From Dehalococcoidia bacterium (lineage in GTDB: Bacteria > Chloroflexota > Dehalococcoidia > Lucifugimonadales > Lucifugimonadaceae), in NCBI GenBank assembly GCA_965224235.1, contig CBDCYP010000001.1:768848-832847 (forward strand): 64,000 bases of DNA, read 5' to 3'. Positions 17,251 to 27,025 of this stretch are shown here, one piece after another. The notes beneath the pieces were generated by a model. The model was not told the origin of the DNA. It was given only the letters and a program-made list of their open reading frames with translations, and made no database searches. Every line of letters starts with the position of its first letter. The stretch's first letter is position 1. The position numbers and the translations under genes are program-made.

Positions 17251-17844
17251 TTATCGTAGCAGAGCGCCAAGGACACCGTTAACGAATTTCCCGGACGATT
17301 CTGAGCCAAACAAACCGGCGATCTCGACCGCCTCGTTTATGACTACCGCTACGGGAAGGTCGGGAAATGCCTCAATCTCCGCCATAGCCACCCGCAGCAC
17401 GCTGCGGTCTATGGCCGCGATCTGCCCGGTGGGAAATTCGCCCGCCCTCTCGCTGATGTGCCTGTCGAGATAAAGACGATCCGGCTCAACCCGTTCGACA
17501 AGACATGCGGCGAACTCCAGCAGGCGTTTGCTCAATCCTTGCTCTTTGGCCAGACGTATCAGGGCAGCTTGCGCCGGGCGGCCGTTCAGATCGGTCTCGT
17601 ACAGCGCCTGCACGGCCAACGCCCTCGCCCTACGCCGGCCGACAGGCAGGGAGGGTGAGATTTCACTTACGGCTTCCCCGTCGACCAGATCGGTAAGACG
17701 GTCCTGCAGGTCGTCAGGGTTGGTTGCGCCGGCTTCCGAAGAAGAAATCGCGGCGGCAGGCGTCAGATCTGGCGCCGTCAACGTCGGTTTACGGAAGGTG
17801 CGGTCAAGCCGCCGCGTAGGCGCATGCGCCCGCGTAGTCTCCAA
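17251..17844 (-). CDS. nusB: transcription antitermination factor NusB with an N-terminal extension
   Basis: The C-terminal ~135 aa match NusB (ARALAVQALYE...AIDRSVLRVAMAEI...VVINEAVEIAGLFG...KFVNGVLGAL). The start is uncertain: TTG 17844 overlaps the fabD 3' end, and an in-frame TTG at 17781 is an alternative. Confidence 0.75.
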   Translation of the reverse strand: METTRAHAPTRRLDRTFRKPTLTAPDLTPAAAISSSEAGATNPDDLQDRLTDLVDGEAVSEISPSLPVGRRRARALAVQALYETDLNGRPAQAALIRLAKEQGLSKRLLEFAACLVERVEPDRLYLDRHISERAGEFPTGQIAAIDRSVLRVAMAEIEAFPDLPVAVVINEAVEIAGLFGSESSGKFVNGVLGALLR

Positions 17845-18742
17845 TGCTCGTTACCGAAACAGTACGGTCCATCCGTTTCATAAGGCCGCCCAATACCCGT
17901 CCCGGACCGAGTTCGACGTAATGTTCGATACCGCTGCCGAGCATGAAGCGCATCGTACGGTTCCACTGCACGCAAGACATTAGTTGAAGACGCAGCTCTG
18001 CCTTTACGTCCGCAGCGGTATTCAGCGCTTTCGCTTCGACGTTGCCGACGATCGGGATACCTGGCTCGTTGAACTCAAGAGATTCGATCAACTCATTAAG
18101 TTCGTGCTGGGCAGGCGCCATGAGGCCGGAATGAAAAGCGCCGGCGACCGAGAGAGGGATTGCCTTGCGGGCGCCTCTTGCCGCTGCTAGGTCGATGGCT
18201 CTGGCCAACTCCATGTGAGTGCCGCTGATAATGATCTGTTCGGGACTGTTGATATTGGACGTGTAGGCGCCGGTCTCGCGGCAAATCTCTTCGGCCGTAA
18301 CCTCGTCTATCCCGATGATCGCCGTCATGCCGCCAGGTCGATCGTCACACGCACCCTGCATGAATCGGCCGCGCTGGGCCACGAGACGGATCACGTCGGA
18401 GATCCCAAGCACCCCGGCGACGGCCAACGCCGTATACTCGCCCAGGCTGTGGCCGGCCACCATATCGGGTACCTGGGGCCTACCCGATACCTCCTCAAGG
18501 GCCTTCCAGGTTGCCAACGACACCGCGGCAATAGCCGGTTGTGCGTTTTCAGTGTGGATCAGGACCTCGGCGGGGCCTTCAAACATGGTCGAACTCAGCT
18601 TCATGCCGAGAGCATCGTCGGCCTCTTTGAACACCTCTCTCGCCGCGGCGGAGGCGGAGTAGAGTTTCTTGCCCATGCCCACCGCCTGCGCCCCTTGACC
18701 GGGAAACAGGTACGCAATTTTATTACCGCTTGGGACTGGCAT
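17804..18742 (-). CDS. fabD: malonyl-CoA:ACP transacylase
   Basis: AYLFPGQGAQ and GHSLGEYTAL motifs. ATG 18742 is preferred over GTG 18754. Confidence 0.9.
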   Translation of the reverse strand: MPVPSGNKIAYLFPGQGAQAVGMGKKLYSASAAAREVFKEADDALGMKLSSTMFEGPAEVLIHTENAQPAIAAVSLATWKALEEVSGRPQVPDMVAGHSLGEYTALAVAGVLGISDVIRLVAQRGRFMQGACDDRPGGMTAIIGIDEVTAEEICRETGAYTSNINSPEQIIISGTHMELARAIDLAAARGARKAIPLSVAGAFHSGLMAPAQHELNELIESLEFNEPGIPIVGNVEAKALNTAADVKAELRLQLMSCVQWNRTMRFMLGSGIEHYVELGPGRVLGGLMKRMDRTVSVTSIGDYAGACAYAAA

Positions 18743-18782
18743 TCTCAGAAACACTCCCTGAGACCTAAATCACCGGTGGAGC

Positions 18783-19001
18783 TCATTGCCCGGTCTCCGC
18801 CTCAGCAGCAGCGCCGTCGCCGCCCTGGTCGGCCGCCGTATAGCGGCCGTTGTAAAATCCGCATTCGCCGCATGCCCGGTGAGGCAGCCGCGTGGCGCCG
18901 CAGGCCGAACATTTAGAGAGGGTCACGCGCGTCAAGCCGTGGTGTGCTGCCCTTCCACCCTTTCGGGCGCGGGAATGTTTTTTCTTTGGTAGTGGGGGCA
19001 T
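18783..19001 (-). CDS. rpmF: 50S ribosomal protein L32
   Basis: MPPLPKKKHSRARKGGR... with a CxxC...CxxC zinc knuckle. Lies downstream of yceD, as in many bacteria. Confidence 0.9.
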   Translation of the reverse strand: MPPLPKKKHSRARKGGRAAHHGLTRVTLSKCSACGATRLPHRACGECGFYNGRYTAADQGGDGAAAEAETGQ

Positions 19002-19037
19002 AGTTTCGGTGGTCTCTGGTTGCCGAATGTGGGCGGA

Positions 19038-19619
19038 TCAACCGGCAGGGGCCCTCGATTCGAGGGCGATTTCTGCAAGAGCGCTCCACTGTGAGTTTTC
19101 AGTCGTTTCTTCGCAGTTGCATACTTCGGAATTGAGTCGGGCCGAACAACGGGGGCAAAGTCCTTCGCAGTCTTCACGGCACAACGGCGCCATGGGCATT
19201 GTACTTGTAAGCGATTGCCTGACCGCTTCTCCAAGGTCGACAAAGTTCCGTTCATCGATGCGAAAGGCCTGTTCTTCAGGTTCAAGCGCGAACAGACCTG
19301 TGTCCATTTGGGCGGCGTTTGCCGGGAAATACTCCTGCTCGATCGTGGCCCAGAGTTCAATATGGGCAGGGTCGAGACAACGTGCGCAACTTACTGTCGT
19401 GTATCCACTGACTTCCGCGGTAGCCAAGATGGTCTTGCCGGTGTTAAGCAACTGCGCCTGGCCGCTGATATCCCAAAAATCTCCATACTCGGTTTCCAGG
19501 AACTCACCATCCAGATCAGTGTACCGAGTGGCGCCCGTTGGACCCATCATCAGTCCATATACATTGAATATCATCGTGCCGAAATCGACCAACAAACGCG
19601 CTCGTACCCATTTGGGCAC
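19038..19619 (-). CDS. yceD: YceD/DUF177 family protein
   Basis: CARCLDP and CREDCEGLCPRCSARLN motifs. Conserved position upstream of rpmF. Confidence 0.8.
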   Translation of the reverse strand: MPKWVRARLLVDFGTMIFNVYGLMMGPTGATRYTDLDGEFLETEYGDFWDISGQAQLLNTGKTILATAEVSGYTTVSCARCLDPAHIELWATIEQEYFPANAAQMDTGLFALEPEEQAFRIDERNFVDLGEAVRQSLTSTMPMAPLCREDCEGLCPRCSARLNSEVCNCEETTENSQWSALAEIALESRAPAG

Positions 19620-19765
19620 AGAGCGAAATACTATTCTCGACTGTCGAATGTGTCAATATTCACAAACTCCTCAGCACAGCATCGTAACCCCTCGGAAACA
19701 TCTGGAACGGCCCGCGGGGGCCGCGAGTAAACAGCCCGGGAAAGTCGTAAAGCCCCTGGACACGG

Positions 19766-20956
19766 TCAATCTGAGGATTTTCCCAACAGCGCCCGCGAGA
19801 TCACGATTCGCTGAATCTCCGACGTTCCTTCATAGATTTCCGTAACCCGCTGATCACGGTAGATCCGTTCGACTATGCTCGGCCGGAAGTATCCGGCGCC
19901 GCCGTGAATCTGCAACGCCTTGGATGCGATGCGCCCCGCGGCCTCTGACGCGAACAGCTTGGCCATTGATGCCTCTGCGCCGTGCGGCATCCCGGCGTCG
20001 TAAAGGCTGGCAGCACGAAAAGTGAGCAGCCGCGCCGCGTCCAGTTCGGTCGCCATGTCGGCAAGCATGAACTGTATGGCCTGACGGGACGCGATCGACC
20101 GGCCAAACGACTCCCGATGCTGTGCATATTCGATCGCCGCTTCCAGCGCGCTTCGTCCAAGTCCGACACACTGGGCCGCAATCATGATGCGGCTCGAATT
20201 GAGGATCGCAAGCGCGGTCCGATAGCCTGAACCCTCTTCGCCGAGCAAATTGGCCCTCGGAACCCGGCAGTTCTCGAAGACGAGCTCGGCTGTGCCCGAC
20301 CCTCGCATCCCCATGTTTCCATGCTGTGGATTGGCAGTAAACCCCGGTGTGCCCTTCTCCACCACTATGGCGTTGATCCCGCGGTATCCGGCCGAACGGT
20401 CCTGATTCGCAAAGACAACGAAGACGTCGGCAACGGCGCCGTTGGTACAAAACACCTTGCTGCCATTCAAGATGAAGTCGTCTCCGTCGGGGATGGCAGT
20501 TGTTACAAGTCCAAGGGCGTCGCTGCCGGACTGGGGTTCGGTGAGGGCGAACGCAGCCACCAGTTTCCCTGAGGCCAGGTCGGGGATCCAACGCCGCTTT
20601 TGGGCGTCATTGCCCACCTGATTGATCGGCTGGGCGCCAAGGGATACATGGGTGATGAAAACCGTGCTCGTCGATCCGCACGCCGCGGCGACTTCTTCAG
20701 CCACAACCATCATGTCCCTGTAGCCGCCGCCCGCTCCGCCATACGCTTCGTCTAGCGTCAGTCCGGTAACGCCGAGGCCGGTCAGCCCTGCGAACTGGCT
20801 GAAGGGGAATTCTCCCGATTCGTCTACGTTTGACGCGTGCGGCGCCAACTCGTCCTTGGCAAACTCCGAGACCGCGCCGAGAAGGAGGTTTTGCTGTTCT
20901 GAGTAAAGAGGCTTCATTGATTTTGCCGCACTGTGAAAATGACTGACCGAACTCAC
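19766..20956 (-). CDS. acyl-CoA dehydrogenase
   Basis: 396 aa with a typical ACAD C-terminus (QIHGGAGY...ERIYRDQRVTEIYEGTSEIQR). The GTG start has a GGAGG Shine-Dalgarno 9 nt upstream. Confidence 0.85.
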   Translation of the reverse strand: MSSVSHFHSAAKSMKPLYSEQQNLLLGAVSEFAKDELAPHASNVDESGEFPFSQFAGLTGLGVTGLTLDEAYGGAGGGYRDMMVVAEEVAAACGSTSTVFITHVSLGAQPINQVGNDAQKRRWIPDLASGKLVAAFALTEPQSGSDALGLVTTAIPDGDDFILNGSKVFCTNGAVADVFVVFANQDRSAGYRGINAIVVEKGTPGFTANPQHGNMGMRGSGTAELVFENCRVPRANLLGEEGSGYRTALAILNSSRIMIAAQCVGLGRSALEAAIEYAQHRESFGRSIASRQAIQFMLADMATELDAARLLTFRAASLYDAGMPHGAEASMAKLFASEAAGRIASKALQIHGGAGYFRPSIVERIYRDQRVTEIYEGTSEIQRIVISRALLGKSSD

Positions 20957-21075
20957 ATTACGATACCTCCAAAGGGCCAGACAATGACCATCTCGCGGCT
21001 GTCGGCTCCGAACGCTTAGACGTCCAAACGACTGGCCGGCGACGGTCGACGGTTTCCATTCCGCTTGCAGCCGAT

Positions 21076-21570
21076 TCAGGTCTTTCTGGAAAACACCCTT
21101 ACGGAGGACGTATCAAAGTCGCATGAAATTAGGAACGCTGCGTCGCGGGCGTCCTCGGCCTTCAGGATCGAATAGATCCGCTCAATGCCCTGAGACCGGC
21201 AGAACTCTGACAGAACGTTTATAAGTTTTCGGCCCACACCGCGGCGGCGCATCTCCGGGATCACCGTCAAGGCAACGATGCGGGCCCCGGGCGGCAACCC
21301 GTAGCCGGACGACTGCTTTTCTGCGATCAGAAAGCCGACTATTTCGCCATCCTGTTCTGCCACATAACAGCCCCACGGCGGGTGCGGAAGCACGTCCAGA
21401 TCGCTCACCGCAAGGAATCTCTCAAGGTATGTTGCCCACGTTTGCGACCGGTCGGCGCCCAGGATGCGCCTGTCCAGTTCGCGGACCATTTCTGAATCCG
21501 ACTGCATGAGTTGACGGATTTGCAAGTAAGACCTCCGTAAGTTTCGAGTCTCATCAACATCGTAGAGCAT
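21076..21570 (-). CDS. GNAT-family N-acetyltransferase
   Basis: RRRGVGRKLI acetyl-CoA-binding motif. Confidence 0.7.
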   Translation of the reverse strand: MLYDVDETRNLRRSYLQIRQLMQSDSEMVRELDRRILGADRSQTWATYLERFLAVSDLDVLPHPPWGCYVAEQDGEIVGFLIAEKQSSGYGLPPGARIVALTVIPEMRRRGVGRKLINVLSEFCRSQGIERIYSILKAEDARDAAFLISCDFDTSSVRVFSRKT

Positions 21571-21710
21571 TCTCGCATCGAAGGGCTGAGGGCGATCGGC
21601 CCTTCAGACCATGACGTGCGGGTCGCGCCCATGATGGGAACTCCGTAGAATCACCCCATAGCGCCGCTACGGACGAATAGACCCAATGGCGACGGCGCGG
21701 GAGTGGCAAC

Positions 21711-22265
21711 GTGCGCGTGCTCGGCATCGATCCCGGATTGCGTAACACCGGATACGGCGTGATCGACACCTTACGCGGGGCCTACTCGGCCGTCGAGGGC
21801 GGAGTGGTAACCACCGCCACCGCCTCTCCGCTTGAGGAGCGCCTGCTCACGATCTACCAGGATATTCGGGACGTGATCAAGGCCAACAAACCCGATGCGA
21901 TGGCGGTAGAGGACCTACACTCTCGCTACGTCAATCTCAAGACCGCCATAGTGATGGGCCACGCCCGCGGCGTTGTGTGCATGGCCGCGGCGGAGGCGGG
22001 CATTCCGGTGTTTCACTATCAGCCGACGATGGCAAAGAACGTCGTGACCGGTTCCGGCCGTGCCGGCAAAGACCAGATTAAGCGGGCAGTAGCCGCACAC
22101 CTCGAAGAGCCGGACGCGGCCCGCAATGAACATGTGGCCGACGCCTTTGCGATAGCGATTTGCCACGCAATTATGGCTGGCAGCAAGGCAGTAACCGCAA
22201 TATCGGCGGCGGGAAGCGGCACAGGACACGGCCGGCGGAAAATAGCAGCGGCCAAAAAGGCCTGA
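21711..22265 (+). CDS. ruvC: Holliday-junction resolvase RuvC
   Basis: VLGIDPGLRNTGYGVID N-terminus with catalytic Asp/Glu positions. GTG start. Confidence 0.9.
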   Translation: MRVLGIDPGLRNTGYGVIDTLRGAYSAVEGGVVTTATASPLEERLLTIYQDIRDVIKANKPDAMAVEDLHSRYVNLKTAIVMGHARGVVCMAAAEAGIPVFHYQPTMAKNVVTGSGRAGKDQIKRAVAAHLEEPDAARNEHVADAFAIAICHAIMAGSKAVTAISAAGSGTGHGRRKIAAAKKA

Positions 22266-22322
22266 GCCGGCTCGGCAGGGTCGAGGCGTCAAGTCGGCAA
22301 AAAACTGCGGACGTACGAAACC

Positions 22323-22982
22323 ATGATCACCTATCTCAATGGACTCATTAGGACCCTGAATCGCGATCCGGCCCGCGCCGTCGTAGTCTGCGGGGGCGTC
22401 GGGTATGAGGTCACCCTGCCTGTTTTCGTCCAGCAGTCGCTCGCAAATGAAGGGCTGGAAGTGGGCGATCAGGTCGAGTTGGAAATCTACTATCACGTCA
22501 CCGACCGGCAGCCGAAGCCGTTGCTTGTCGGGTTCAGACGCCCCGAAGAACGCGAGTTTTTCGAACAGCTGGTGCAGGTCGAGGGGATCGGGCCGGTTAG
22601 AGCCGCGGCCGCGCTCGTCTTTCCCGTGTCGGTGATCGCCCGCGCAATCGAATCAGAGGACACCGCGGTCCTAACGCAGCTTCCCGGCGTCGGCGCGCGG
22701 GCCGCCCAGAAAATGATCGCTACATTGCGCGGAAAAGTTACGGCGACCGCAATGTTGCGAGACGATGGGATTACGGATTCGCGGTCGGCGGCCGTGGTCA
22801 CTGACCCGCGAGTTGAGGCGATAGACCTGCTGGTCGGCCTCGGCTATCGGCCCATCGAAGCGCGCGACAGCGTTGCGGACGCGATAAACAGGCGTCCGGA
22901 AATGGCGGACGAGGTGCAGGAACTGGTCAGGGAAGTTTTCAGGGGACAGGCCGCACGGCAACAGGAAGCGAGTTCGACATGA
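22323..22982 (+). CDS. ruvA: Holliday-junction helicase subunit RuvA
   Basis: MITYLNG...GGVGYEV OB fold, HhH motifs (VEGIGPVRAA, LPGVGARAAQKM) and a C-terminal domain III. Confidence 0.9.
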   Translation: MITYLNGLIRTLNRDPARAVVVCGGVGYEVTLPVFVQQSLANEGLEVGDQVELEIYYHVTDRQPKPLLVGFRRPEEREFFEQLVQVEGIGPVRAAAALVFPVSVIARAIESEDTAVLTQLPGVGARAAQKMIATLRGKVTATAMLRDDGITDSRSAAVVTDPRVEAIDLLVGLGYRPIEARDSVADAINRRPEMADEVQELVREVFRGQAARQQEASST

Positions 22983-23145
22983 AAACCGCGAGGCTCGGGG
23001 GAATACGAACTGTCCTTCGACTTCGACCGGGGAAGGTCCGGCCGGGGGCGCAATCCCTAATGAACCTGTCTCATAACTCCATCCTGTCCGACTTGAACAA
23101 CGCATCAACCGTCTTCTCCGACCCGCAACCTATCCGACATCCCGA

Positions 23146-23186
23146 CCCCGATCGGGGAACCCCGGGGCGGTTTGGTTTCCCGTTTT
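23146..23186 (+). terminator. candidate intrinsic terminator after ruvA
   Basis: GC palindromes ccccgatcgggg (23146-23157) and ccccgggg (23160-23167), followed by the T-rich tract tttggtttcccgtttt. Confidence 0.4.
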
Positions 23187-23213
23187 CGGAGACCTTTGGA
23201 TAACCTCAACGCA

Positions 23214-23252
23214 TGTCATTCCTCACTCTGTTTCGCTACGTTCGGGATGACA
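23214..23252. repeat. REP-like palindromic element
   Basis: tgtcattcc...(22 nt)...gggatgaca forms inverted termini with one mismatch. The sequence style (gtcattcc / ttcgggatgac) resembles dispersed intergenic repeats of uncultured high-GC bacteria. Confidence 0.35.
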
Positions 23253-23389
23253 CATTGTGGAGCTAGTACGCAAAAGTCTCTTTTCACGGGGACGACGGGG
23301 TTTTAAGCGGAGTAGCCAGCTTTTTGAGACGGGCACCAGAGGTTGGCCTCATACCCGGGCTGCATCGAAGCGATTGAACTGAATCGGTC

Positions 23390-24472
23390 ATGGCGAAAGA
23401 GACCATCGTAAAAAGAACGGACGGCACGAACCGATTGTCTGACGCGCCCGGCGACGCGCCGAAAGCCCCCGGAAAACCCGCAGTGGAGCGTATGGGGAGC
23501 GACCTGCGGCCCCGGAACTTTGACGAGTACGTCGGTCAGAGGAGGGTCGTGGAGGCCCTCAACATCGCGGTGCGGGCGGCAAAATTACGAGGCGAGGCCC
23601 TGGATCACGTACTGTTTCACGGCCCGCCGGGCCTTGGCAAGACGACCTTGGCTCACATCATCGCGAAAGAACTGGACAGCGTCCTGTCACACACGTCGGG
23701 GCCCGCGTTGGAGCGGCCCGCCGATGTCGTCGGCCTGCTGTCCAATCTCAACGAGGGCGACGTAATCTTCATTGACGAAATCCACCGCCTTTCGTCGGCA
23801 GTCGAGGAGTACCTCTACTCAGCGATGGAAGACTATCGAATCGATTTCGTGACAGGATCCGGCGCGTTCGCCAAGACGATCAGCCTGCCGGTCGATCGAT
23901 TCACTCTAGTCGGATCGACCACGCGGGCCGGCATGTTGAGCGCGCCGCTGCGGGAGCGATTCGGCCTCGCCTACCACCTCGACTACTACTCCGAAACTGA
24001 ACTGGCCATGGTCGTAACGCGTTCTGCCGGCATCCTTCGCATTGACCTCGAACCCGATGCTGCGTCCGAGATCGCCAGACGGGCGCGCGGCACGCCCCGG
24101 ATCGCAAACCGGCTACTCAGGCGAGTAAGAGATTTCGCTGAAGTCCAAACCGGCGGAGGGGTCACGTTGACCGTCGCCCGCGATGCGCTGGAACTCGAAG
24201 GGGTCGATGGATTGGGGCTCGATCGGCTCGATCGGTTATACCTGAGGACCCTGGCGCATAACTACAGCGGTGGACCGGCCGGAATCGAGGCGCTCGCCGC
24301 CACAATCAATGAAGAAAAGCAGACGCTCACAGACGTCGTAGAGCCTTTCCTGCTGAAGATCGGATTCATAGTCCGTACACCCGGCGGAAGGAAAGCCACC
24401 GGGCCGGGCATGGATCACGCCGGTGCGCCGCACCAACTCGACGCCGGACGAGGCCAGCCCCGCCTACTCTAA
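23390..24472 (+). CDS. ruvB: Holliday-junction helicase RuvB
   Basis: LRPRNFDEYVGQ, Walker A GPPGLGKTT and Walker B FIDEIHRL. Confidence 0.95.
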   Translation: MAKETIVKRTDGTNRLSDAPGDAPKAPGKPAVERMGSDLRPRNFDEYVGQRRVVEALNIAVRAAKLRGEALDHVLFHGPPGLGKTTLAHIIAKELDSVLSHTSGPALERPADVVGLLSNLNEGDVIFIDEIHRLSSAVEEYLYSAMEDYRIDFVTGSGAFAKTISLPVDRFTLVGSTTRAGMLSAPLRERFGLAYHLDYYSETELAMVVTRSAGILRIDLEPDAASEIARRARGTPRIANRLLRRVRDFAEVQTGGGVTLTVARDALELEGVDGLGLDRLDRLYLRTLAHNYSGGPAGIEALAATINEEKQTLTDVVEPFLLKIGFIVRTPGGRKATGPGMDHAGAPHQLDAGRGQPRLL

Positions 24473-24505
24473 AACGGACAAAACGGACGGAAGCGCGGGC
24501 CGCGC

Positions 24506-26851
24506 CTAATCGAAAAGGGACAAGGCGGCGTTGAAAATGCCTTCCGAGTCAATTCCGTAGTGCCGGTAGAGCTCCGGGATGGTGCCGGATTGCCCGAACG
24601 CATCGACTCCGAGGTGAATCGACCGGCCCTGAAACGGGCCGCCAAGGAAGCTCAAAACCTGCGAGTGCCCGTCGATCACTGTCACGATCGGACGGCCAAT
24701 TTCACCCCAATCCAGCAGGCCGGTGGGTTCGGGCTGCGTAGATTCACCGCCATAGACGCTGCCGATGGCGGCATCCCTGAAACGGCGGTAAAGCAGGTCG
24801 GGGCTGGTGATGACGAATACGTTTGCGTCTATGCCCTCCGAACCCAGGCGGTCGGCGGCTTCCAGCGCAACTGGGACCATTGCGCCGACCGCGAAGATGT
24901 GGGCGGTTTCGCCTGTGGCGGGATCGGCGGCGCGCAGGCGGTAACACCCCTCAAGGGCCTGCCGCCTGCGTTCGAGCGGATCGTATTCATCGCCGTCTGC
25001 GCCGAACAACGATTGATCTACGAGCTTGGTGCTTAACCGCAAAATAACCGACTCGCCCTCTCCCCTGCCGATGTTCCGCACCGCCTCCAGCAGAATCCAC
25101 TCCAGATCCCGCGCAAAGGCCGGCTCGTAATAGGTCGTGCCCGGCACGCCGATGCCGAAGCCCGGGGTCAGAATGCCCTGGTGCGCACCACCCTCGCTAC
25201 TCAGGGAGATGCCGGATGGAGTGGCCACGGCAATGAACCGCGAACCTTGGTAAACGCCGTAGATGAATGCATCCAGACCCCTGTTAATGAACGGGTCGTA
25301 CACAGTCCCTATTGGAATAAGCCGTTTGCCGGACAGCTCCTCGGACAGCCCAAGTTGGCCCAATAGCAGGAACAAGTTGTTTTCCGAAATGCCGAGTTCG
25401 ATATGGCGGCCGGACGGGCCGTAAAGCCATTTCAGGATTCGATCCTGAAATCCCAGGTAGTCCGGAGCCTGATCGTGCGACCAGACACCGCAGCGGTTTA
25501 TCCAACTGGCCAGATTGGTCGAGGTCGCTACGTCGGGTGAAACAGTGACCACTCGTTTAGCCGACTCTGGAGAGGTCCTGTCCAGTTCCACCAGTATTCG
25601 GCCGAACGCGTCCTGGGTCGACGCCGTACCGGGCACCGATAGTTCGGTTTCGTTGAACTCAATTGGTCTCTCCCTTTCCAGGATGGGACGCTTCAGCCGC
25701 TCGGCCGCCGCCATGACGTAGTCGTTTTCCAACGATCCTGCGGGGAATTTCGCCCACGGTTCCTCGACTGAAACTCGGCAGCGGTCCGCGAGCGCTTCAT
25801 ACTCGGCCCCGCTCAGAAGCGCCGAGTGATTGCGTGGGTCACCGGCTGTGGGCAGGCCCCAGCCTTTGATGGTGTATGCAAAGACCACTGCCGGTGAATC
25901 CGTGGCCGACGCCTCTCTATAGCACCTCACCAGCGTCCCGACGTCGTGGCCGCCGAGGTTTACGATGCGGCTCGCCAACTCGGCGTCCGGCACGTCGTCC
26001 ATGAGTGTTTTCAGGTCATGTCGGAGGCGTCCCGAACCGTCGAGGAGCCTTCCGCGCACCTCTTCGTCAGGAATACGGAGCATCCCCTGATACTCCTCGT
26101 TGCTCATGTCGTCTATGCGGCTGCGGAGCGCCTCTCCGCCGGGACGTTCCATCAACTCGGTCAACCGGTCCCCGTACTTTGCTGTGATCACGGTCCAGCC
26201 GTTCGCCTCGAACATCCGACGGAATCGTTGAATCCGTATTCCGGGAATCACCCGGTCAAGACTCTGCCGGTTGAGGTCGATGATCCAGATGCACCGGTTC
26301 AGTTCCTCGACCAAAGGCTCGTCGGCAGACTCCCACACGCACCCTTCGTCCAGTTCGCCATCGCCGATGTGTGCAAAAAAACGGCCGGAAGTGGGTGTTA
26401 GCTCGTGTGACGCCAGGTACTCGCGGGTCAATGCCCCAAAGGCGACTGCGGCAGGGCCCATTCCGACTGCCCCGGTAGAGTAGTCCACGTCGTCCGGGTC
26501 TTTGGTCCGGCTGGGGTATGCCTGCAGGCCGCCAAAAGCCCTGAAGCGGGCCAGAAAACTTTCGGGCAAGTTGCCGAGGAGGTACTGTATGGCGTGAAAA
26601 ACGGGGGAGGCGTGCGGTTTGATGGCGACCCTGTCGGACGCGTTGAGCGTCTCGAAATACAGGGCGGTCAGCAGGGCGACGGACGAGGCGGATGCGCTCT
26701 GGTGGCCTCCGACCTTCATGCCGTCCGGGCTGGATCGGACATTATTGGCCCAATGCACCATTGCGCAGGCGAGCCACAACACCCTGTCTCTCACGTTTCG
26801 GCGAACGTCGTCGTGACCGGCCGGCTGCTGTCTTTCCTTGACTGGGAGCAT
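24506..26851 (-). CDS. thiamine-diphosphate-dependent 2-oxoacid dehydrogenase E1 component, homodimeric AceE-like type
   Basis: 781 aa with VGGHQSASASSVALLTALYF, GDGELDEG and a transketolase-like C-terminal half. Confidence 0.7.
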   Translation of the reverse strand: MLPVKERQQPAGHDDVRRNVRDRVLWLACAMVHWANNVRSSPDGMKVGGHQSASASSVALLTALYFETLNASDRVAIKPHASPVFHAIQYLLGNLPESFLARFRAFGGLQAYPSRTKDPDDVDYSTGAVGMGPAAVAFGALTREYLASHELTPTSGRFFAHIGDGELDEGCVWESADEPLVEELNRCIWIIDLNRQSLDRVIPGIRIQRFRRMFEANGWTVITAKYGDRLTELMERPGGEALRSRIDDMSNEEYQGMLRIPDEEVRGRLLDGSGRLRHDLKTLMDDVPDAELASRIVNLGGHDVGTLVRCYREASATDSPAVVFAYTIKGWGLPTAGDPRNHSALLSGAEYEALADRCRVSVEEPWAKFPAGSLENDYVMAAAERLKRPILERERPIEFNETELSVPGTASTQDAFGRILVELDRTSPESAKRVVTVSPDVATSTNLASWINRCGVWSHDQAPDYLGFQDRILKWLYGPSGRHIELGISENNLFLLLGQLGLSEELSGKRLIPIGTVYDPFINRGLDAFIYGVYQGSRFIAVATPSGISLSSEGGAHQGILTPGFGIGVPGTTYYEPAFARDLEWILLEAVRNIGRGEGESVILRLSTKLVDQSLFGADGDEYDPLERRRQALEGCYRLRAADPATGETAHIFAVGAMVPVALEAADRLGSEGIDANVFVITSPDLLYRRFRDAAIGSVYGGESTQPEPTGLLDWGEIGRPIVTVIDGHSQVLSFLGGPFQGRSIHLGVDAFGQSGTIPELYRHYGIDSEGIFNAALSLFD

Positions 26852-26940
26852 AATCCCGGTTCACGTTGAAATGTGCGGAGGTCGATGGCCTCAGCCTAAC
26901 ACCGCACGTACCGACAAAACAGGGCGCTTTAACACAAGGA

Positions 26941-26961
26941 AGAGGCCTGCTCCAGGCCTCT
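26941..26961 (-). terminator. candidate terminator of the ABC exporter operon
   Basis: Perfect 9-bp stem agaggcctg / caggcctct with a 3-nt loop, 65 nt downstream of the stop at 27026. On the minus strand it is followed by cttccttgtgtt. Confidence 0.45.
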
Positions 26962-27025
26962 CAAGAGGCAGCGCACACCATCCAGTCCGCAGGTCACAGC
27001 CAAGGGCAATGCGCCTGGCAGAAGA

